IMG/VR virus record: IMGVR_UViG_3300020045_015699
Location: 1-30,903 of that record
Strand: one strand, 5' to 3'
Origin: a virus
Lineage: Duplodnaviria > Caudoviricetes
Length of the DNA: 30,903 nt
Of this stretch, positions 25,622-30,903 are shown piece after piece. The position numbers were made by a program, and so were the translations under genes. The notes beneath the pieces are model-generated. The model made no database searches. It worked only from the letters and a program-made list of their open reading frames with translations, and had not been told where the DNA came from. The first letter of the stretch is position 1, and each line of letters starts with the position of its first letter.

Positions 25622-25991
25622 CGAATGGATTTTTTATTTCTCCTGTTTCTAAAGCTGATTCGTAATCGATGTAAATAGGTATCCAGCCATAACCTTTGAA
25701 TAACGGGTAAATTTTGAAGCCTGTGTTTTTATTTCCGATTGATTTTATTTTAAAAATCACAACTTTTTTATTTGTAAGCATTGGAGAGGTTTGGGCACCG
25801 CCTTGTGTTATGAAAGTGAAAAAATTACCTGAATATGGATATCCGATAGTTAGAGTGTCTCCAATTTTTAAAATATTTTTGCTTTTGGTTTCGTATTCTG
25901 TAAGGTCTCCTGATTCTTTAATTTTATCGTAAACTGCTTTTTGGGCGAAAATTGGAAAGCTTATCAAAAGTAATAGTATTATTTTTTTCAT
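25611..25991 (-). CDS. Exported protein with a signal peptide
   Basis: MKKIILLLLISFPIFAQ signal peptide; in the repressor operon. Confidence 0.75.
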   Translation of the reverse strand: MKKIILLLLISFPIFAQKAVYDKIKESGDLTEYETKSKNILKIGDTLTIGYPYSGNFFTFITQGGAQTSPMLTNKKVVIFKIKSIGNKNTGFKIYPLFKGYGWIPIYIDYESALETGEIKNPFVTQ

Positions 25992-25993
25992 AG

Positions 25994-26542
25994 TTACCAG
26001 TCTTTATTTGTTGGAGTGTTTTTGATTGTGAATTTATCTAAAAAATACTTGTCATAATATGAAATATTTGTATTCATATATGAAGATGTGGCGAAAATTG
26101 ATTTTTTTTTCTTTGTGAAATATTCGGTTAATTCTCCACTAAAACTTATGCCTCCGTTATTTTGATTGTCGACTACAATAATTTCTTTCACTATTATCTT
26201 ATATTTTTCGTCTTTAAAATCTACGGCTACTACGTAATCGATTGGGTAGTTTACAAATATGGCAGTGCCCATAGAGCTACCGCCGTATTTTTTATAATCA
26301 ACGTGATCGTTGTTGACGGCAAAACTTAGTGTATTGTCAATTATTTGTAAATTATTTTTAGATAAACTTTGGGCAACTTCTTTTTGAAAATAAATCATTA
26401 ATTCATCTACTTTTTTACCAGGGACATTGTAAATATGTTCCCAATACATTTTTTGTTCAAACAAATTAAAATCAGTTTCAGGATGTTTTATTTGTGAAAA
26501 TCCATTGAAACTAATTAAAAGTAAAAGTATTATTTTCTTCAT
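25994..26542 (-). CDS. Exported protein, possibly DUF4468-like
   Basis: MKKIILLLLISFNGFSQ signal peptide; VDFKDEKYKIIV motif. Confidence 0.7.
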   Translation of the reverse strand: MKKIILLLLISFNGFSQIKHPETDFNLFEQKMYWEHIYNVPGKKVDELMIYFQKEVAQSLSKNNLQIIDNTLSFAVNNDHVDYKKYGGSSMGTAIFVNYPIDYVVAVDFKDEKYKIIVKEIIVVDNQNNGGISFSGELTEYFTKKKKSIFATSSYMNTNISYYDKYFLDKFTIKNTPTNKDW

Positions 26543-26587
26543 TTTTTATAATTTAATTATTAATAATTTGATAATCAAATATAAGTA

Positions 26588-27013
26588 TTATTCTTTCTTT
26601 TTTGATAAAGTTTTTAAAATTTCATCATCATCAAATTTATTTGCATTTGCATCAGTTAATAGTTCAATTTGTTCTTTAAGTAGTTCTATTATTTTAGAAT
26701 GAAATTCTATTTTATCAAACTTTTTTTTCTCTTTAGATAATTCTATTATTTTTTTATGTTCTTTAATTAAGGCAAGTGTTTGTTTTACTTTTAGTTCAAT
26801 GCCGTTTATTTCATATTCTTCTAAAGGTTCGTTAAGTGTATTATTGCTATCTATTTTAAAAATTGCATGTAATAATGCTAGTTTTGTTTCGGGAATTACT
26901 TCTCCGTTTTCGTAATTTGAGACTGTTTTTAATGATACTCCTAGTTTTATAGCTAATTCCGCTTGGGTTAGCTTAAGTTTTTTCCTATTTTGTTTTATTT
27001 CTAATGCGTTCAT
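26588..27013 (-). CDS. XRE-family HTH repressor (CI-like, no peptidase domain)
   Basis: IKQNRKKLKLTQAELAIKLGVSLKTVSNYENG; divergent from the early operon; ATG at 27013. Confidence 0.88.
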   Translation of the reverse strand: MNALEIKQNRKKLKLTQAELAIKLGVSLKTVSNYENGEVIPETKLALLHAIFKIDSNNTLNEPLEEYEINGIELKVKQTLALIKEHKKIIELSKEKKKFDKIEFHSKIIELLKEQIELLTDANANKFDDDEILKTLSKKKE

Positions 27014-27049
27014 ATTCAATTGGTTATGTATTGTTAGTAAATTTAATTT

Positions 27050-27100
27050 AGAAATATTACTTATTTTTTATTTGTAAATGAGTAATATTACTTATATTTG
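27050..27100 (+). promoter_or_regulatory. Rightward early promoter with two operator-like palindromes
   Basis: TTTG (27071-27074), 18 bp, then TATATTTG (27093-27100), matching the Bacteroidota -33/-7 consensus. Palindrome AGTAATATTACT (27081-27092) and a near copy AGAAATATTACT (27050-27061). Confidence 0.7.
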
Positions 27101-27128
27101 TATTGATAAACATATATATGTTTTAATT

Positions 27129-27401
27129 ATGAAAATCAAAGATACAAAAACCGTACCGAAATTAACAATTAGAGAATCTGAGACCTTAAATAGATTTGAA
27201 ACATTTAATAAATGTTCTGAGATATTGCGGGAGTTTTTCAAAATGGGATTTAAATCATTTGATGCATTAAAAGCAATTATGCAGTTCCATTATTCTGATA
27301 TTGATTTAGTTAAACTAAAAAGATTTTGGAATTGTCAGTTAATGGATAAAGAAATTGTTGAGAAAGTAGTAACTGTTTTTGAAAAAATGAAAAATGAGTA
27401 A
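27129..27401 (+). CDS. First early gene (Cro position), 90 aa from ATG 27129
   Basis: The track start at 27078 lies inside the promoter; ATG 27129 is in frame and downstream of the -7 element. Confidence 0.7.
   Translation: MKIKDTKTVPKLTIRESETLNRFETFNKCSEILREFFKMGFKSFDALKAIMQFHYSDIDLVKLKRFWNCQLMDKEIVEKVVTVFEKMKNE
27137..27168 (-). promoter_or_regulatory. Candidate leftward (repressor) promoter
   Basis: Minus-strand TATCTTTG (27137-27144) matches TAnnTTTG, with TTG 21 bp upstream (27166-27168). Confidence 0.45.
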
Positions 27402-27843
27402 TATTTCTGAAATTTTATGTAGCTCTAATCATCAATTTATTCAAATTGGTGAAATTCAAAGTTCTTACGGTTTTTTTCGATTCTATTTTTCGAATTTACA
27501 TTTTTACCCTAATCAGCAAGTATGTTTTGATTATTGTAATGCTTATTTCAAATCTCAATTTGGGTATTATCGATATGATAGTTATCAATCTTTTAAAGGA
27601 GGTAAAAATGAAGTTATTAGTTTTTCTTCTGAACCGAAAAACCCACTTCAATCTTTAGAACGCGAATTTTTAATTGCTTGGTTTAAACAAAGCGGTTTTG
27701 ATACTTGGACTTCTTTTAAGGCAATAGTGCTGCATCATTTTCCTGAGGTTACGGAAATTAAATTACTTGAATTTTGGCAAAATATAGCTATCGATGCTCA
27801 TGTGTTGATACGGGTGAATCACGTCAAACAAATACTTGGTTAG
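27394..27843 (+). CDS. Two-domain protein (paralogue of ORF 5182 fused to a paralogue of ORF 27129)
   Basis: Ungapped manual alignments: 17/47 and 14/48 identities. Confidence 0.7.
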   Translation: MSNISEILCSSNHQFIQIGEIQSSYGFFRFYFSNLHFYPNQQVCFDYCNAYFKSQFGYYRYDSYQSFKGGKNEVISFSSEPKNPLQSLEREFLIAWFKQSGFDTWTSFKAIVLHHFPEVTEIKLLEFWQNIAIDAHVLIRVNHVKQILG

Positions 27844-27845
27844 CT

Positions 27846-28157
27846 ATGAAATCAAACATCTACATCAACGCAAATGAATTTATTGAATCCTTGCTTTCCA
27901 AAGGTTTAATAATTGTTTCGGCTAGTGAGTTTGAAGCTTCAAAAGATATCGAACGCAAACGAGCGATGCGTAAAAAAGCGCTTTCACTAAAAGAGATTGT
28001 CGATTATAAATTACTTCCCTTAAAAAGTAAAAAAGGCGTGGAAAGTTGGATTACTAGGGGTAAGATTAAACCTGAAGAAATCTATAGGGAATCATCAGGA
28101 TTGAATCGGGTAATGGTATTAACAAGTGCAATAAGAAGATTAGGATATGAAGATTGA
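27846..28157 (+). CDS. Putative excisionase-like/winged-HTH DNA-binding protein
   Basis: LSLKEIVDYKLL...KKGVESWITRGKI pattern; ATG 27846 follows the previous stop. Confidence 0.5.
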   Translation: MKSNIYINANEFIESLLSKGLIIVSASEFEASKDIERKRAMRKKALSLKEIVDYKLLPLKSKKGVESWITRGKIKPEEIYRESSGLNRVMVLTSAIRRLGYED

Positions 28158-28308
28158 AGGAATTAAAATCGAAAAGGTAACCAAGAAAATAAAAGAAATT
28201 TTGGTTGTAGATGCCGAAGTGGTAAAATGTGAAGGTTTGAAATTATGTTATCCGGAAGCGTATTTTGAAATGATTGAAATGTGTAAGCTATGTGGGAAAA
28301 TTTTATAA
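28147..28308 (+). CDS. Small Cys-containing protein (53 aa; not in the ORF track)
   Basis: MKIEGIKIEK...CEGLKLC...CKLCGKIL*; overlaps both neighbours. Confidence 0.45.
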   Translation: MKIEGIKIEKVTKKIKEILVVDAEVVKCEGLKLCYPEAYFEMIEMCKLCGKIL

Positions 28309-28469
28309 ATAGTGAAATCACCTTTTGGGTGTTTATAGTTGCCGATATCATTTTGATAGGCGGTTTATTGGTTGGGTTTGTTTGGTATCTGCAAGATGAA
28401 AAGCAACATGATAAGAAAAGGGCAGAAAGATTGGCTTATTTGAAACATTTGGAATCATTAAAAAACTAG
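28290..28469 (+). CDS. Small single-TM protein (59 aa; not in the ORF track)
   Basis: FWVFIVADIILIGGLLVGFVWYL followed by a charged tail. Confidence 0.55.
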   Translation: MWENFINSEITFWVFIVADIILIGGLLVGFVWYLQDEKQHDKKRAERLAYLKHLESLKN

Positions 28470-28474
28470 AAATT

Positions 28475-28702
28475 ATGATTGAAGCATTGGAGTTTTTGTT
28501 TTCGGTAGTTGTGATTGGGGTTTCGGTTTCTGTAATCGGGATTGTATCGTGGTTTGTTATAGGAATGATGATCGCTTTTTGGAAAGTATATGTTCGCGGT
28601 CCTAAAAAGCTTAAAAAGTGTAAGCATTCTAATTCTACTTACGCCGAAAAGCATCCTGATCTTGTTTGGGAATGTAATGATTGTGGTGAATTGCATAAAT
28701 AA
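28475..28702 (+). CDS. Membrane protein with a C-terminal Cys/His motif
   Basis: Long hydrophobic N-terminus; CKH...CNDC. Confidence 0.55.
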   Translation: MIEALEFLFSVVVIGVSVSVIGIVSWFVIGMMIAFWKVYVRGPKKLKKCKHSNSTYAEKHPDLVWECNDCGELHK

Positions 28703-28720
28703 TTAAAAATAGATATAAAA

Positions 28721-29140
28721 ATGGAGAAACAAATTTTACAAAGCGAAAGTCCAGCCGATCGCTTGGAACAGCTGAAAAATTCGGCTGACAAGGCTGAAAT
28801 GTTTTCGTACCCGCGTGAATTATCAAACGGTGAGATTCAGGAACTACAATCTAATTTATCACAGGATATGATTTTTGTTGATAAAAAAGAACAGGATTTG
28901 AAAGTGGCTAAAGAAATTTTCAAATCGGCAACCAAACCAATAAAGCAAAACATTGCTAAAAATTTACAGCTTATCCGTTCTCAGGTGGAAGAGGTGAATG
29001 AGGAAGTGTATCTGTTAAAAGATGTTGAAGCGGGTAAGATGGGGTATTACAACAAGCACGGAATTTTGGTTTTTGAGAGAAATCTTCGTCCCGATGAGCA
29101 ACAATATAGTATTCAGGAACATTTAAGAAAAGCACAGTAA
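28721..29140 (+). CDS. Phage early coiled-coil protein
   Basis: 139 aa with a good leader; coupled to the next gene. Confidence 0.75.
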   Translation: MEKQILQSESPADRLEQLKNSADKAEMFSYPRELSNGEIQELQSNLSQDMIFVDKKEQDLKVAKEIFKSATKPIKQNIAKNLQLIRSQVEEVNEEVYLLKDVEAGKMGYYNKHGILVFERNLRPDEQQYSIQEHLRKAQ

Positions 29141-29142
29141 TT

Positions 29143-29850
29143 ATGGAAAATATTAAAATTGAATTGGGTGCAGAAAATAAAGAACTTATTATTCTTACTG
29201 GAACGGCCGAATCGGTATATCACGAAAAGGCAATTGATGTAAAAGCGGGTTCAATTAATTCGGCTTTCGAATACTTGTCTAAAAAAGTGGTAAAGCCTGA
29301 AATTATTGAGCATTCAAAATTAGAATTCTGCTACGATAAATTATACATCGATTTGCATTATGATGCTCGTCAAAGAAATCCTGATATTATCCAGGGTAAA
29401 TTAAAACTGCATCCTGATTTGTTGAAGTTTAATATTAATTCAGGTGAAACGTGTAATACTTTTCAATTGTCTGATTTTATAAAAATGAACCGCCATTATT
29501 TTGAAAACAAAGAGTATGCAATGAAGTTGGTTAATTTATTGCGTGGGTTTGAAGGAAAGGTTAGGCAGGATATGGAAGCAAAAGCAGATACGCGTGGAAA
29601 TGCTAAGATATTGATTAATCAAGTTGTTGAAAGTAATATTCCTGAAGAGTTTATTTTATTGCTTCCTGTGTTTGTTGGTCAAGAAAAAATCAGGTTAACT
29701 GTTGAAATTAATATCACTTCTGATTTTAGTTGTTCATTGATTTCTCCTGATTTGAAAGAGTTGATTGATTTGAAATCTAAAGAAATTTTGGATGAACAAC
29801 TTGGAAAAATCAAAGCATTGCATCCTGAACTTAAAGTTTTTGAATACTAA
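29143..29850 (+). CDS. Phage early protein, possibly YfdQ/DUF2303-like
   Basis: 235 aa; IPEEFILLLPVFVG motif. The family call is tentative. Confidence 0.6.
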   Translation: MENIKIELGAENKELIILTGTAESVYHEKAIDVKAGSINSAFEYLSKKVVKPEIIEHSKLEFCYDKLYIDLHYDARQRNPDIIQGKLKLHPDLLKFNINSGETCNTFQLSDFIKMNRHYFENKEYAMKLVNLLRGFEGKVRQDMEAKADTRGNAKILINQVVESNIPEEFILLLPVFVGQEKIRLTVEINITSDFSCSLISPDLKELIDLKSKEILDEQLGKIKALHPELKVFEY

Positions 29851-30056
29851 TGAAATCGTTTTGTAAAAGTTTTGTAACTGTTTTTACGGATAAAAACGGA
29901 CATCATAAAGTGTTGTTGCCAAGCGGTGAAGAAATACCACATTTGGTAAAAACTGTGACAACTGACGAAGTTATGAATTCAACGGTTCAGTTTGATATAG
30001 CGTGTAATGTCGTGTCGACTAAAGAAGAAGCTTTGAAAAAGTATAAAGAGGAATAG
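29850..30056 (+). CDS. Hypothetical protein
   Basis: 68 aa; stop/start overlap (TAATG). Confidence 0.6.
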   Translation: MKSFCKSFVTVFTDKNGHHKVLLPSGEEIPHLVKTVTTDEVMNSTVQFDIACNVVSTKEEALKKYKEE

Positions 30057-30058
30057 TT

Positions 30059-30361
30059 ATGAAAACAATCACTTTCGATACCGAAAACGCTAAGATAGTA
30101 GAGCAAGCCATAAGCTCTGAATTTGGTTGTAGAGTGTCTGAAATTGTATCTCTAAGAGATTCAATGGTAAAGAAAGTGATTGTTTTTCTTTTGTCTAAAA
30201 CTAAAAATTACGATGCTCGGACTTTGGGCCATAAATACCAAATTTCTTATTTGTATGTGCCTACGGTTATTACTGAAATGGAATATTTGATTAAGACTGT
30301 TCCGAGTTTTGAAGTGAAAATAAATGCAATTTATAAAGCAATAAATTATGCCTCAACATAA
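30059..30361 (+). CDS. Hypothetical protein, possibly a DnaA domain IV-like HTH
   Basis: AISSEFGCRVSEIVS...KKVIVFLL...ARTLGHKY pattern. Confidence 0.5.
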   Translation: MKTITFDTENAKIVEQAISSEFGCRVSEIVSLRDSMVKKVIVFLLSKTKNYDARTLGHKYQISYLYVPTVITEMEYLIKTVPSFEVKINAIYKAINYAST

Positions 30362-30881
30362 AGGAAGTGTTCCGCCTAATAAAATTATTATGTCACAATT
30401 TCAAATTGATTTTGTGAAAGAAAATTTTAAAAATCTTACTAATGACGAAATTTCGTTAGCCACTGGATTAAGTAAAACTTATGTAAGAATGTATGCTTAT
30501 TCTATTGGTTTGCAACGGGAATTAATAATTAATTGGACTGCTGAACAGGAAAAATTTTTGCTAGAAAATTGGCGAAAAATTGGAAATATTGAAATGGCTA
30601 ATATTATTAATTCTACTTATCCAGGGAATAAAATTTTCAATAAAAAAACGATTTCTAAGAAATTGACATTGTTGGGTTTAAAGCGAAATATTCACGAAAC
30701 ATTTATTATTCGGGAACGGAATAGATTGAATGGTTTATGGGGGAATCCTAACCATTCAAAAGATGGTAAAGACGCGCCTAAACTTTATATTTCGATTAAT
30801 GCCAAAACAAAAGTTGAAGTTCCTTTTGGAAAAACAATAGATGAAGTAAAAGAGAAGTATTCTTATTTAAATTTTTTATAA
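30348..30881 (+). CDS. Phage protein with tandem HTH-like repeats
   Basis: QIDFVKENF...DEISLATG and WTAEQEKFLLENW...IEMANIIN; no HNH motif seen. Confidence 0.6.
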   Translation: MPQHKGSVPPNKIIMSQFQIDFVKENFKNLTNDEISLATGLSKTYVRMYAYSIGLQRELIINWTAEQEKFLLENWRKIGNIEMANIINSTYPGNKIFNKKTISKKLTLLGLKRNIHETFIIRERNRLNGLWGNPNHSKDGKDAPKLYISINAKTKVEVPFGKTIDEVKEKYSYLNFL

Positions 30882-30903
30882 ATAATTCAATATGCAACCA
30901 AAT

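Larger units (their letters stand above)
1..30903. mobile_element. Temperate siphovirus of a Bacteroidota (Flavobacterium-like) host; partial genome with intact attP
   Basis: Head, tail, lysis, integration and immunity modules; TAnnTTTG promoters and A-rich leaders without SD sequences; no host genes in the window. Confidence 0.93.

Noticed and set aside
25956-26542. Identical N-termini MKKIILLLLISF in adjacent genes, suggesting recent duplication
   Set aside because: The codons differ at many synonymous positions, the mature regions look unrelated, and this is a generic low-complexity signal peptide.
484-28826. Many short antisense or overlapping ORFs in the track (e.g. 484-666, 915-1124, 4566-4817, 6977-7237, 8926-9213, 9607-9930, 15059-15358, 24431-24700, 25714-25932, 28163-28351)
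   Set aside because: They are shadows of well-supported genes on the other strand or frame, with no motifs or plausible leaders.
30892-30903. ATG at the right edge (MQPN...)
   Set aside because: Truncated by the window; too short to call.

Overview
About 31 kb of a temperate, AT-rich Bacteroidota (Flavobacterium-like) siphovirus in its excised/attP configuration. Order on the + strand: two accessory genes and a second tyrosine recombinase; small ORFs; large terminase; small ORFs; HK97-type head genes; tail genes (with a lambda G/GT-type GGGAAAG -1 frameshift); tail-tip, receptor-binding and beta-propeller proteins; holin, CHAP endolysin and a spanin-like protein; attP (3' half of tRNA-Arg(UCU)); integrase; a leftward repressor operon; and rightward early genes. 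The most notable signal is at 1-2372, an apparent integron-like gene-cassette array inside the phage. Two long imperfect hairpin sites bounded by TAAC...GTTA separate single-gene units. Each unit is bracketed by its own 15-bp inverted repeat, every stem mismatch is a G:T pair on the same strand, and the array ends next to an IntI-like recombinase that lacks the integron-specific insertion. Other observations: a 50-bp duplicated candidate late promoter, a protein that looks like a chimera of two other phage proteins, and face-to-face switch promoters. All calls come from reading the sequence by eye; no searches were run.
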